Below are positions 39,735 to 53,384 of a stretch of DNA of 64,000 nt, piece by piece. The translations under genes and the position numbers were made by a program. Source of the stretch: Eledone cirrhosa (taxonomy: Eukaryota); assembly GCA_964016885.1 (NCBI GenBank), contig OZ024743.1, positions 60,884,001 through 60,948,000 on the forward strand, read 5' to 3'. Position 1 is the first letter of the stretch. Every line of letters starts with the position of its first letter. The notes under the pieces were generated by a model. The model was given only the letters and a program-made list of their open reading frames with translations, was not told the origin of the DNA and searched no databases.

Positions 39735-40157
39735 TTACACCAGAAATGAGTATTGGTAGGAGCTGTCGTAGAGAGAGTATACTAAAATAATGATACAGGT
39801 GAGGAAGAAGAGAAACAAAAATAACATAATATGATTTCGTCTATTGTTGTTACCGAAAAAAGGACTGAAATAAAACTCCGATGTATCTCCGTTGTAAAGC
39901 TTATATCTGCATGGTTCCGGTACACCCTGAGCACACCCTAAAGGGTGGTTTACATTGATGAATAAATAGTTGTTACCATTTCCTTTTTCAGTATTCCGCG
40001 TTATTGATTTGGATTGAGGCTCGATTTTCAATGGTGTAATTTCATCTTTTTCAACAACCACGGAAGGAGAAAATTGTCGTCGTGTGACATTGTCAAACGC
40101 TTTATGTGGTTCATCTTTTTTCATGAATTTATAATAGTCAGAGTAATATGAATCCAT
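39735..40157 (-). CDS. Orphan 140-aa ORF or exon with C-terminal hydrophobic segment
   Basis: ATG at 40157, non-repetitive composition, IMLFLFLFFLTCIIILVYSLY preceded by RR; no recognisable TE motif. Confidence 0.35.
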   Translation of the reverse strand: MDSYYSDYYKFMKKDEPHKAFDNVTRRQFSPSVVVEKDEITPLKIEPQSKSITRNTEKGNGNNYLFINVNHPLGCAQGVPEPCRYKLYNGDTSEFYFSPFFGNNNRRNHIMLFLFLFFLTCIIILVYSLYDSSYQYSFLV

Positions 40158-40219
40158 ATTTTGAAAATTGTATTTGATTTGAATAAGGCAACCGTAGGTA
40201 TATGGATATATATATATAG

Positions 40220-40276
<57 letters not shown>

Positions 40277-40292
40277 GAGACAAATAAATAAT

Positions 40293-40324
<32 letters not shown>

Positions 40325-40910
40325 CAGATAGATAGATGGATATCAGATATAGATACGTATATTGAGATATATGTTTACAAATATATGTTTTTATGCATAT
40401 AACAGCTCATACGTTCTATATTTCTTCCTTCGCTTTGCAAGTATAATTCCTCTTCTACTTATTTATCAGTCTGACCCAATCTTCTGAAAAGGTGTTACTT
40501 TCTTATTTATTCATTTACTTTTCCTTTTTTTTTTCTGGTATTTGTTTTTTGGATAACTTGTGTCCCTTCTTTCTTGCCTACGGTATTTCCTTTTGTCGAG
40601 TCAAAATATTTCTATTATGTATGCATCAGTGTCTGTTTGTGTGGATATATGTATATATGTGTCTATGTGTGTGTTTCTATGTAAATGTATGTGTACGTGC
40701 ATGTATAAGTGAGTGAGTGTGTTTAGTATATACGTTTATATTGCACAACGCAAATAATAACCTGAAACATTCGCTGCTTTAGTCAATTTGACGTCATACA
40801 ATCTCTGAGCTAATAATCATATAAGAAAGACGTAATTTCTTGGTGCAGATCAACTTACCTCGTGTTGTTGGCTGAATATTCTGGAGAAAAACACAAAAAG
40901 AATTCATAAA

Positions 40911-41077
<167 letters not shown>

Positions 41078-41709
41078 CAGATACACGCTAACGCGCTCAT
41101 GATATTTTATTTACACACCAACACACACACCCAGACACACACATACAAACACGATACTGTAGGAAAATGTGATCACCTTTTTATACGTTCGTTGATGAAA
41201 TCCCAATGCATGTTTGAAAATAGTCCAACTAATACCACTCTTTGTGTCCACGTTGATATTACATATAAATAGAAGGTGTTTACATCTTTCTATACGTACA
41301 GGGTTGAATAAAATCGACAGATCTATTCTGTAGCCCTGTATAACATTGAAACCAAACAATGTTAACGCACCAATAATCTATTAAATTATAATGAAATTCT
41401 TAGGTATTTCCGTTGATTGAAACGCTGGAACATCCATTGATATACATGAAGTGAGATGTATTTTCTTTGATGGAAAGTAGAACTCTGAAGCTTTCTAGAA
41501 CTAGAAAAAGAGCAGGGCTAGTTAGGAAGTTGCAACTACAGTCCATTAGTGGATACAGAGACATATGCACACACACACACACACACACAAACAAATAAAC
41601 ACACACTCACACACGTTCATACACGCACGTATGCAGACATACATATTTACCTACTTGCTGTCTAAATTCCAATGAAAGAGTCTTGTGTCTATGTTAGAAA
41701 CCACCTCTG

Positions 41710-41800
<91 letters not shown>

Positions 41801-41889
41801 CTTTCTCTCTCTCTCTATTGGTAAACATTTATAAAATGATGACACCAGAACAACATACATACATATATGGGATGAAGCGAACTCGGTCG

Positions 41890-43060
41890 CTCCCAACAAG
41901 TAAACTCTAGTTGACGTGATTGCTCCTGAACCACTTGGTCGATATACCTCAGATGAAGTCTTGTTCGGAATCATTTGCCATGAGTAGATTTCTATAGCAT
42001 TTATTGATGCACTATCTTATCTTTGCTTCTGCAGCAGTGACCAACTAACCTTAGTCTTCGTTGGCGTAACGTAAATGTTATTGTTGGTAGATTGCCATAA
42101 ACTTCAGCATTGGTATTATGTTCTCTACATGACGTGTTGAGTGTTACCCATAAACATATTTTGTAGGCATCGTCTAACCAGTATTGCATGACATTCGTTA
42201 ATGACCATGTTCTAGCGAGCTGTTTTGTCGTTCTGAATCATCTAGGCTTCAGTTGTTGATTTAGATTTTAATATTTTTGCCATTTTGTTACGTACTGATT
42301 AACCTTGAGCTATATGAACATTAATATACTTCACTGAGTTTGTTATCCATGCTCGAAGATACTTGAAATCTTTCACCTCTTTTAGCTGGCCATAGTTTAG
42401 ATTGTGCGGTAGAGGTTTATTAAGACGAATAAGTTATGTTTTCTCTGGTACAGCAAATTCCAGAAGAAAAGAACTTGAAAATGTATAAAGTCTCTTAATA
42501 AGCAACGATGCTGCTGGATTAGATAATATTCCCATTAAGGTTTGGAAAACAGGCATTCTCTTAAAACATTTGTTGTATGCCGGCAAAAACAGTAAACCGA
42601 GACATTAATTATATAGGTGAAATAGGGAATTCTTACATTTTCATAAAGAGTGGCCTAGGCCTGACACTTGGAACCAATCCGCGTAAATCACCCATGTACA
42701 GCACAGATCTTTCTTTACGAAGATCTTAAAGGTAAACAGTAAGAGATCAGCTTTCGATATCATTCATCATAGAAACTCCTGGATATTCTAAAACCGCGGT
42801 ACACCAGAGATAATTGTAAGTGACATCAATATTCAGGACACAAACATTCCAAGTATTCTCGCCACAGAATGACACAGAGGCTTTTGAAAGATATTCTGTT
42901 GTCTTATTATTCGGTTACACCATAAGATTATGCTATGAGAATTATCAAACTGGCCTATCTTCCAGATTAAAACTCACAAAAAGTGAGTGGAGACATCCAA
43001 CTAAAATATTAACAGATATAGATTTTGCAGAAGATATTGCGTTGTTATCTAGCTACTGGT
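41890..43060. mobile_element. Decayed RTE-clade fragments (minus ~41890-42400; plus ~42450-43060)
   Basis: TNAEVYGNLPTITFTLRQRRLRLVGHCCRSKD (minus); LTDIDFAEDIALLS and AGLDNIPIKVWKTG (plus). Confidence 0.7.
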
Positions 43061-43065
43061 GACCC

Positions 43066-43185
43066 TGTCATAAACAAGCGAAACTCCAGAGTAATAAGAC
43101 TCACTATTTAGCCTTAATAAAATATCAAAACTCTACTTAGCTATTGAGTAGTCTCCTCTCTCGGCCGTCAACCACATGCGGATAT
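43066..43185 (+). mobile_element. Short PLE terminus with hammerhead 3' half
   Basis: GC-GAAA-CTC-CA-GAG-TA-ATAAG, ATTGAGTA motif, ends in (TA)n. Confidence 0.55.
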
Positions 43186-43645
43186 ATATATATATATCAG
43201 GAGTGAAGGGTCCGTGCATGCAACGCATGCAGTGCATGCGTTATAGAAGCTTGAGTTGATCAATTGCGTCGGTTGAAGCAAGCAGAAATTTGGCTGCTTG
43301 CTAAAACGTAGACACAAAAAAAAGATAACAAACACATACACACAAACACATACACACAAGCACATACACACAAACACATACACACAAACACACGACAGCT
43401 TTGGGGCAAGCAGAATTTTGACTGCTTACTAAATCGTAGACACATAAAAATATAACACACACACACACACACTAGATAACACTACATGCAGCTTTGACCG
43501 GGAGGGTCATTCAGAGGGAATTGGGGGGGGGGGGTAAGGCTGCACAGCCCCATTTTCCGCCATGGCGATTGGACTGCATACCCTGCTTTCCAGGTTACCC
43601 TTCGCCACTGATATATATATATATATATATATATAAGAAAGTGAC

Positions 43646-43686
<41 letters not shown>

Positions 43687-43689
43687 TGT

Positions 43690-43748
<59 letters not shown>

Positions 43749-44024
43749 TTTGTGTGTGTGTGTATAACGGTAATTTGACCTGACATCGCTAAAACAAATG
43801 CAAATACACATATTTACAATAAGATGGCAATTATCCAAACGGGAATTAGTGATTTCGGTGTGTACTGTAAGAAATCAGACAGTAAAATGTTATGTAGGAC
43901 AAAATATAATTGCTAACAAAGAACACAAATAAAAAAGGAAAAACAAAGCTTTGATTTGAATCAAAAAGATTGTTGACTAAGTCAACCAAGTGTATAATTT
44001 GTGATATTTATACGTATTAAGGGT

Positions 44025-44290
44025 TTAACTCTTTTGATATCAACCCGTCCAAAACTGCATCTGTTTCTATAACACAAAACATCCCATTTTAAATAGTTTC
44101 TATTTAAATTAACCGCTTCTAATATAATCTTTTAAGCTATGTGAGGAATGCGATTTGAATAATATTCACAAATACATTATTATTAAATTAAAATAGAGTG
44201 TATTTCCTTACAAATATTTACAGGAAATGGTTAATGATTTACGAGAACCGAGATAGTTATTGGTAGAATTGGAATCCAAAATTGGGTTAA
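44025..44290. mobile_element. Possible piggyBac-type MITE
   Basis: TTAA-CTCTTTTGAT..ATCCAAAATTGGG-TTAA, degenerate TIRs. Confidence 0.4.
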
Positions 44291-45017
44291 ACCTAGGATT
44301 TACCATTCTATTTAGTATTCTATAGCACTCTTGTTCTACTTAGGTTTTCTTCGTTGCAATTAAGAGTGATTAGACAATTGCAGTGTCTGTAATAAAATGG
44401 GAACCAAATACACAGGAGTTGAAAGACCTGTTACTGTATCCGTCGGCTACTTCTACACAATTTTATACGGTTCTCTACTGGTTTCGAAATATTTTTCAAA
44501 GTTTTTATTTTACTTATGGAAATTCATAGACAAATGAAACGCCACAATTGATAATAAGGTATTTCTCTGTTGATTTGGTCTGGAAGAAGAAGGTGTATGA
44601 ATGCCCTTCACATTATCTTTGAGATTATTGAGGCTAGAGCCGTTAACCTTCTTTTTAAACTGTGGCAATTCAAATTTTATAGGAAAGTCTGTGCAGGAAC
44701 GAATCCCAAAGGGCCGATATATTTTTTTCTTTTGATTAGTTCGACGCAGTATGGTTGATTGAGAGAGCCTATGTAGTCGTAGAACAAGACGAGTCAGATC
44801 TAAGAAGCTGAGACCACCATAAAGGTACAGTCCGTTTGACGGGCTCCTAAACAATTTCATTCTATCTTGTCGGTTTCATTCTATCAAGGTACGGTTTGAA
44901 TAGACGCTATGATACATGACACTTGTTAAAAATGTCACACAGTGGGACCGAACTCTGGATCTAATGATTGCGAAGCGAACTTCTTAAACATTCGACAATG
45001 CTGCGTACGCATTGCCA

Positions 45018-45395
45018 AAGGTGGTGAATTGGCAACATCGGTAGAGGGTTGGACGCCAATCTTTCTAGCATAGTTACGTCCAATTACGGTCTGAGTTCAA
45101 ATCCCGTCGAGGATAACTTACGGGGTCGATAAAATAAAATACCAGTAATATTTTGGGTAATTGCTGGCCTTGGGCCAAACGTAGAAACAATTATTAATAT
45201 TTTTCAGTAGAGCTTCGGACATCGTTTTATGGTATAGAATTACGCCCATTTACGATCTATTTTCAAATACCGCTGAGGTTAGTTTCATTCTCACGTGGTC
45301 GAAAAATAAAGTACCAGTAATCGATTGGAGTCGATTTATTCGAATTTCCCCTCCTCCAAAATTGTTGGCCTTGTACCTAAATCAGAAGCCAATAT
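45018..45395 (+). mobile_element. Two tandem tRNA/Meta-like SINEs
   Basis: Same head/core/tail as 4186-4610. Confidence 0.85.
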
Positions 45396-45673
45396 TTTTC
45401 AGTGACGTTACCATATATTTCACATTCCTGTATATTTTATGATATTTCTGTTGTTTGAATTTTGACAAAGTTATTGCTTTAGGATATTATTACTTACTGA
45501 GGTTATTGAAATCACTGAACCTCTAATCTCTGTTATTTCAATTAGAAGAGAAATTAGAAAATTGAATTCGTGAAGCGTATATTTCCCTTGATCTGTTTTC
45601 CGACATATTTCTATCTCTTGCTGGTTGAGATAATAATTAACCTCGTGTTGCTCTTTGAAGATAAACAATCACA

Positions 45674-45691
45674 TTTATTGTATTACCTGAT

Positions 45692-45749
<58 letters not shown>

Positions 45750-45882
45750 ATCAGGAAACAAAATAAATATATATACATTTAATCAGGTAATAATACAATA
45801 AATATACACTATATATATATATATCATCAGGTAACACAATAAATATATATACATTTAATCAGGTAATAATACAATAAATAGA

Positions 45883-45945
<63 letters not shown>

Positions 45946-45965
45946 ATGAATTAAACAATAAATAT

Positions 45966-46015
<50 letters not shown>

Positions 46016-46058
46016 CAACAACACACATTTAATCAGGTAATACAATAAGTATACAATA

Positions 46059-46060
<2 letters not shown>
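45674..46060. repeat. Iterated 25-40 bp modules (ATTTAATCAGGTAATAATACAATAAAT) separated by (TA)n
   Basis: About six copies inverted relative to TATTGTATTACCTGATTAAAT at ~45676-45696. Confidence 0.8.
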
Positions 46061-46121
<61 letters not shown>

Positions 46122-46399
46122 TATGTCTTTGTGTGTGCGTGTGTTCATATGTGTGTGCATGGCGGTTTCAATACAACAATCACCTACACACACTCACATG
46201 CGAGCGTACGTGACAGAATGGTATATATGTATATAAGTCTGTGTACAACCAAGACGACATAAAAGACAGAACATTGCTACTTGTAAAGTGATGCTCCAGC
46301 ATGACCGTAATTATGAGGTCTGAAACAAACTACAGAACTAAGAAAGAACAAATATCTATACTTATATATATCTATGTGTAAGTATCAATATATATGCAC

Positions 46400-47198
46400 A
46401 CTCGCACATCTGAAGAAGTGTCGATTAAGAGTCGGGATCCCGAGGGAGGGTCATGTTGCCAATAAGAAACACACGCACCAGTTGTTTCACTCCAATTTAT
46501 TATAAATTAAAACATTTTTTCCAAAGATTTTTACAAATTTCCGGCTGGTTGGTTGGTTCCACAACCGGACGGTTGCTCATATATTGTCAAAGTTCTTTCG
46601 TCACACATTCTGTGACCTCTTCAGTGATTGGGATTCTTTTCTTTGTTTTGTGCCTCTCCTTTGTTCTCTCCTACGCCATCTTGTTTTTGTGTGTGTTATG
46701 TGCTTAGTTTGCGCATGTATTACATCCGGGTGTCTGTGTGTGTTTTTATTTGTTTATTTGTTACTGGTTGGTTGTTTGTTCTATGTGTGTGTGTTTTCAT
46801 TTTGTCCTTAATTGTAAGTTGTGATGTTGCTATTCCTTTCATGTTTTCTATTTAATTTTGGTTGGAGTTCATTTATGTTTATTGCCTCTGTGATTTGTCT
46901 AAACATTACGTCTTTTCTGTGTGTAGATTTTATTTTTATTTCTATGTTCTCTAATTTGCTCTTATGTTCTATTTTAGCATGTTGGTGGAGTATTGATGAT
47001 TCTTTTCTTTCTTGAAGCTCTCGCCAGTGTTCATTTAAACGTTCTCCTATACTACGAGCTGCCTCACCTATGTTCACTATATTCTTATCGTTACATTGTC
47101 CTTCAGTACATCTTATGCTATATACTATGTTTCTAGTTTTACAGTTAATATGGGGGCTTAGTTTACAGATTATGCATTTATTATCTATACAGGGAGGT

Positions 47199-47200
<2 letters not shown>
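46400..47200 (-). mobile_element. 5'-truncated Penelope-like element, CxxC-linker GIY-YIG endonuclease
   Basis: PCIDNKCIIC..CKTRNIVYSIRC..NIGEAARSIGERLNEH..SILHQH..RQITEAININELQPKLNRK. Confidence 0.85.
46586..46629 (-). ncRNA. Hammerhead motif in the PLE 3' UTR
   Basis: TCA-CTGAAGA-G-GTCACA..TGTGAC-GAAA-GAAC-TT-TGA. Confidence 0.6.
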
Positions 47201-47242
<42 letters not shown>

Positions 47243-47246
<4 letters not shown>

Positions 47247-47497
47247 CCAAAGATTCATATGGTTCGTTGATTAATCAACGAATACAATTTTACAATAGAA
47301 GCACTCGATAGGAGACTTTCCTGGAGTATTTAATATTATTCAAAATGTTAATTAATGAAAAAATTCTCATAATCAAAATATATATTTTATTATACATATT
47401 TCAAAGGTACAATCGTGTTTAAGTAAGTTTACATCAGACAAAATATAAGATTTGATATGTGACATACCGCTACGATTTTGATTATTCAATTCCAGTA
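47243..47497 (-). mobile_element. Diverged copy of the 36190-36425 PLE terminus with decayed hammerhead
   Basis: ACCAAAGATTCATATGGTTC..CTGGAGTATTTAATATTATTCAAAAT; minus strand CTGATGT..GAAA-TATGTA-TA-ATAAAA. Confidence 0.75.
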
Positions 47498-47699
47498 TAT
47501 ATATATGGGTGGGTTTATTGCTTTTATATTTTGTGTTAGTTAATCCGTTATTAGTTGTTGGTCAATTGATAGTAATGTTTGCTGGTTTGAGCACTAGGCG
47601 AAGTATAAGGGAAATAAAACGTTGGAGCTATATTCACCCAATGTCTTGAGCTTGTTTACATCCATTATGATGAAGCTTTGGCGTCCATTAGGATGAGTA

Positions 47700-47885
47700 C
47701 GGCGTATTGGCAGTATCGGTAGACCGTCGAACAACATGCTTCGAGGCATAGAGTTATGTCCCTTTACGTACTGAGTTAAAATCCCGCCGAGATTAACTTT
47801 GCTTTTCATCCTTATGGGGCGATAAAATATAGTACCGGTAATGCACTGGTCTTGCTGGTCTTGTGCCTAAAGTTGAAACAATTAT
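47700..47885 (+). mobile_element. tRNA/Meta-like SINE
   Basis: Same family as 4186-4375. Confidence 0.85.
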
Positions 47886-48404
47886 GATGATGCTTTGAGG
47901 GTATTTGAATTAATATGATGTCGACGGTGTTTTGAGGAAATACCACCAATAGCCCGCCCGTGACATATCACAGAATGGAAACTGCATAAATATATTTTAT
48001 TCATGTATTTTTTAAATATTTATCCTCCTTGCAGTTGTAGGATGACGACCGGGCCCACGCTGCAGTGTCATGGGACACCTGCCGGGCCAAACCCCTTCAC
48101 AATAAGTTCCAGAGCCCTTACTGCCATTGACCTCAAGGTTATCATCTGTCATCATAGAGTCTGGTGCACTTTTAGGCTACAGCCAGCCACACGAACCTGT
48201 AACAGATCCTGAACAAGCGATGCCTGTGCTTTGAAGGTTTTCTAATTGGGGAAAGGCCTTGCACGCGACCAATCCCACTCTCTGAGCATCGAAATCACTA
48301 CCGGGAAAGGAGAACTGGTCAACACCGTCGGATGCTTCCAAAGCCGCAGCTTTTTTTTCAGAGTTTCGCTCTCCTAGAAAGGTGTTGTAACAATAACAGG
48401 GGGC

Positions 48405-50357
48405 CACCGTGTAACATATTTTTTGTTCCCCGGTTCTAAGTGTCATTTCATGGTTTGTTATATCCCATTATTATAAAAAACACTATTATTTAACCATAAG
48501 TTTTGGTTTGTGGTCAGGAGTGTGATATTTCGAAATTTTCATATTTTTCAAGAAAAAACACATTTTTTTTTAATTTATCAGTTCATATAATTAAATCAAC
48601 AAAGTATATATTTATTTTATTATACAAGCTTATCAAAAGCAAACAAGTAAAAAAAAATAACACTTATAAAGCAACTTATACACGTCAGAAATGACTGGAT
48701 TTCCTGGATTTGCGGTTGTATTCCAGGTCGCATTCCCGCACTAGCCCCCAGATATAGTCCCCCATCATTTATTCATTGTAGTGGCCCTGTTACCTCCGCT
48801 CTATCTCTTTCATCTCTTGGTGGAATCGTTCGCCTTGTTCTTCTGAGTAGGCGCCCATATTGTCCTTGAATTTTTCCAGGTGAGCATCCAGCATATCGAG
48901 TTTAAGCGACATCCTGCATCCCATGGCGCCAAAAGCCTTTATCAGATCCTGCACCAGTTGCTGGTAGTTTTCAGCTCTGTAGTTGCCCAGGAAGCTTTTA
49001 ACAACTGCCTTGAAACAGTTCCATGCTGTTCTCTCAATCCTATTGAGCTTATTGGAGAACTCGGTAGACTCAAACACCTTCTTTATCTGAGGTCCAACAA
49101 AAATTCCACCTTTGATTTTGGCCCCAGATAACTTGGGGAAGAACTCAAGAAGGTAATTAAAGCGGCCTTCACAAACTGCTTCATCAACCCCAACTTAATG
49201 TACAGTGGCGGCATGAACACAACCCTGGGATCAACCAGTGGCTCCCACATGACGTTCCGGGTGCCAACTACAAATTCTGTTCGCTGCTCCCAGTTCTTTC
49301 TTTTGTAGTGCTCAGATGTGGCTCTGCTGTCCCAAAGGCAGAGAAAGCATTGGAATTTGATAAAGCCTCCTTGGAGTCCAAGCAGGAAAGCCACCATCTT
49401 GAAGTCTCCAATGATTTCCCAATTGTACTGGTTATATTGCAGAGCTTCCAAGAGGACTTTCACACTGTAGTAATCTTCCTTCAGGCAGACTGAATGAGCT
49501 AGGGGCAGTGTCGGGAACTTGTTTCCATTGTGGAGGAGGACAGCCTTCAAACTTGTGATGGAGCTGCTATAAATAGACGCCACTCCTTGGGCACAAACCG
49601 CACCCTAATAACGTCAAACAGTCCAGGCACGTCATGGCAGAAGCAGAGGCCATCTCTAAGAGTTTAAAAGCCTGAGAAAGGTTCGTGTCGACTTCTCTGG
49701 CTTGTCACCTGCACTTCCCCCTTGACCAAGTTCCACTGCTTCATCCTGGAGACGAATAGCTCTGCATTGGACTTGGTCAGACCCATATATCTGACCAAGT
49801 CATTGACTTCTTTTTGGTTTGGGAAGTGAGGAACTTTTTCTGGTACCTCAGGCAGGTAATCCAAGTCCTCAGCACTCATCTCCTCCTCTTCATCAGAATA
49901 CATGTCTTGGAAAATAAATTTGATATGCAATACAAAATAAATATTGGAAAGGGAAATACATATTTAAATAATATAAAGAACGCTAATCATATTAATGAAA
50001 ATTCGTGCTTAAAACACAACTTCAGGGGGCGAAAATCCAGTATCATAAATCTCTTTAATCCACTTTTTAACAATGTTATACTTTATTGCACTTTTATAAT
50101 TTTCTTTAGGTATTACTCTTTATTTCATAATTTTAATTTAACCTGAAACATATATAAAAAATCATTTAACATAAACAAATTAAATTTACATACAACGTAA
50201 AATCCAGCATACAAATAATTCTAGTGAATAGCTTAGAATTTTTACAAACCCAAACTTTTAACTTTTTAATAGCACTTTTTTATTTATTTGGGACCTAAGC
50301 AACACAAAAGAAGTTATTACAAGCCAGGAACAGAGAAAAAAATGTTTTTGATACACT
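48405..50357 (-). mobile_element. Chapaev (CMC superfamily) DNA transposon, internally deleted, inserted in an RTE-related repeat (48110-48404 + 50354-50490)
   Basis: SLKAVLLHNGNK, GDFKMVAFLLGLQGG..CFLCLWDSRA, PPLYIKLGLMKQFVKA, IFVGPQI, SEEQGERFHQ; terminus CACCGTGTAAC..TTTTGTTCC mirrored imperfectly at 50322-50357. Confidence 0.8.
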
Positions 50358-50704
50358 CCTAGGTAAAAAAAAAAGTACTATTTGGATGGCGGTTGACTCT
50401 GCTGAGTTCCTCCACCCTTTGCCGGGTCTTATCCCGCAGGGTGTCCAAATATCACCCTCCTCACCAAGCAAGCTTGGTGGGGTTGACATGTATAAATACT
50501 GAGTGTTTATCCGAGACTGCACAAGCGTGTATACATATATACACATATCTAATTTGGAGGCAAGTGAACATGACTGATAATACGAATTTCCCTGTAAACT
50601 GAATAAATATACATCTTTATTCGATTTTCGGATCGTAGTGGATTAGAATTTACCTGATTTTATTGGTTACATATTTATTTCGGTGGTAACTGTTATGTAA
50701 AAGT

Positions 50705-51290
50705 TACGTATGTCAAGCAGGGTGATATACCTGCACCGACTTTGTTTGCCTTGTATTTCTTCATGGCCTTCAAAGATTATCAATACGGTATCTATCTCAG
50801 ATAACGCATTCCAGAAGGCTGTTTAACCTTAGGCGTCTCACTACCAACACTAAGGTACTGAGTACCTTGATCAGAGAATTTTTATATGTAGATCATTGTG
50901 ATCTCTTTGCACACTACAAGAGTGGCATGCAACACCTTATGGATTCTTTTTCCAATGCGTGCAGTGCTTTGGGACTGACAATCAGTCTGAAGAAGATTGT
51001 CGTCATGTACCAGCCTGCTCAGAATAAAGTTTCAATGAACCCTCCATACACGTATACGGTCAAAAGCTGAAGGCTGCTGAAACATTTGTGTATTTAGGGA
51101 GTACTCTGAATGTGACCTGCTCTCTGGATGCAGAAGTTGGTCTACGTATTAGTAAGGCAAGTGAGTCATTTGGAAGGCTCAACGACCGTCTTTGGTGCAG
51201 GCGAGGAATCACAATGAGGATCAAGGTGAGAGTGTATGCTGCATGTGTACTGTCAGCTTTGCTGTATGCATGTGAGACATGGGTTTATAG
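50705..51290 (+). mobile_element. RTE (BovB-like) RT fragment
   Basis: VKQGDIPAPTLF, RLFNLRRL, LYVDHCDL (decayed YADD), GLTISLKK, YLGSTL, RISKAS..FGRL, LLYACETW. Confidence 0.9.
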
Positions 51291-51466
51291 ATTGAAATTA
51301 AACCATCGATAATTGTATTGTTTAGTATCCATCTTTGATTATCTAAAATCTATATCCAATTCTCTAATTACACTGATAGAAAATGTATTTACCAGTAGCA
51401 CACATGGTGGTTTCGATCGTGAAGCTGGTGGCTGTGATGGTATTGCTGTACAGTTTTCTATAAGTT

Positions 51467-51997
51467 GATGGTGGTAGTAATAGACACATAATTTGATGTT
51501 GCTACTAACATCGATGGTGGTAGTAATAGACACATAATTTGATGTTGCTACTAACATCGATTTTAGTAAATTGTTGGTAGAGGCGTTGATGGTCGTAGCC
51601 GATGGCATTTTAGTAAATTGTTGGTAGAGGCGTTGATGGTCGTAGCCGATGGCATTTTAGTAAATTGTTAGTAGAGGCGTTGATGGTCGTAGTCGATGGC
51701 ATTTTAGTAAATTGTTGGTAGAGGCGTTGATGGTCGTAGGCGATGGCGTTTTAGTAAATTGTTGGTAGAGGCGTTGGTGGCCGTAGGCGATGGCATTTTA
51801 GTAAATTGTTGGTAGAGGCGTTGGTGGCCGTAGGCGATGGCGTTTTAGTAAATTGTTGGTAGAGGCGTTGGTGGCCGTAGGCGATGGCATTTTAGTAAAT
51901 TGTTGGTAGAGGCGTTGGTGGCCGTAGGCGATGGCATTTTAGTAAATTGTTGGTAGAGGCGTTGGTGGCTGTAGGCGATGGCGTTTTAGTAAATTGT
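51467..51997. repeat. Minisatellites: 46-bp x2 (51467-51560) then 47-bp x ~9.3 (51561-51997)
   Basis: Unit TTTTAGTAAATTGTTGGTAGAGGCGTTGRTGGYCGTAGSCGATGGCR. Confidence 0.95.
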
Positions 51998-52295
51998 TAT
52001 GTTAAAGATATTGTGTATCGAACAAAGATACAGGACATCACTGATCTAAAGCAAAATATCACTGATGCTATTGCCACCATTGATGAGGCTTTGCTACAGC
52101 AAACATGGCAAGAAATCGAGTACCATCTTGATGTGCTTCGTGCAACTAATGGTGCCCATATAGAGGTGTATTAAATTAGTTAAAACAACTTCAATATCTA
52201 TTCCTCATTTTGTAATAATTTTCACATGTTTATCTGTTCATTTGCTTTTGTGATAAAGTTTTTTAATTGTAAAGAGACTTTATGGACACCCTGTA
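51997..52295 (+). mobile_element. Tc1/mariner 3' end
   Basis: YVKDIVYRTKIQDITDLKQNI..EIEYHLDVLRATNGAHIE; TIR GACTTTATGGACACCCTG-TA. Confidence 0.85.
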
Positions 52296-53197
52296 TATAT
52301 GGAAGACGGTGGTAAGGGATTTAACAGATGCTAATAATTAACAAAACTTTTAAGAGCGATGGTTTCTATGGTGTTTGGTGGTGGTGAAGGTGGTGATGGC
52401 GGTAGTGATGGTGGTGGTGGGGTAGTTTTAGTAATTAACATTTGCTGTTGGTAAGGTAGCTCTTGATGGTTGTGTGAAAATCGATCGCAATAATAATAAT
52501 TATAATTGCAGTAATTGTAATGGTGATGGTGGTGGCGGTGGTGGTGATGGGGTTCTGTTATTGCTGGTGGTGCTAGGGGGATTGCATGGTGTCGGTGTGA
52601 ATTAGTTAAATGACTACTTATAAAACTATATGAGAAATGCAAAGAAAAAAAAGAAGAAAGAAGCCATTTATTAAAATCACTGAGTAATTGAATTCAATTA
52701 TCAATTTTTTTATTTCTTAATTGTTATTATGTTGTTTTATTTTATTTTTGGTTTTAGTTTTAATTTTGGAAAGTAATTAGGCTAATATAAAATATCAATT
52801 TATGAAAAAAGATCGTTTATCTACCATCCTATTATATTCAGTCATGTAATTCTTCCTTTTTTTAGCTTTTCTAAATGTATGGATGTTAAGAATTGGTTTC
52901 TAACTCTCTGGCATATTAGAAACCATTCAGCAATTATTTCATTTCTTAAGTGCTACTTCTCCGTTCTTTTGTTTCAATTTCAAAGGTTTCAAATACTCGC
53001 TATTTCCGCACTTAAACCAATTCCAATTTAACAGTATATAAATTTAGCTCACGTTATATTATTATATCAATAAATGCAGCCAGCTCTTCTTTCTATTCAA
53101 GTATGAAAGTGCATTCGTCTGTCTATCTATCTCTGCTTGGCTCTGAACATATCTCTCTCTCTCCCTCTCTCCCTCTCTCCCTCTCTTCTTCTCTCTT

Positions 53198-53234
<37 letters not shown>

Positions 53235-53384
53235 CATTGTATACCTATAAACACTCATTGACACATATACATAAGCACACTCATACACACATACATACAT
53301 CTATACATACACAAACACACACACACACATACATATATGCATACATACATGCATATATACATAGTACATACATTCATACATACA

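Noticed and set aside
43490-43612. CAGTGGCG hAT-like terminus
   Set aside because: Only one end visible, no TSD.
51561-51997. CRISPR-like array
   Set aside because: Contiguous tandem units with no unique spacers, no cas genes, eukaryotic context.
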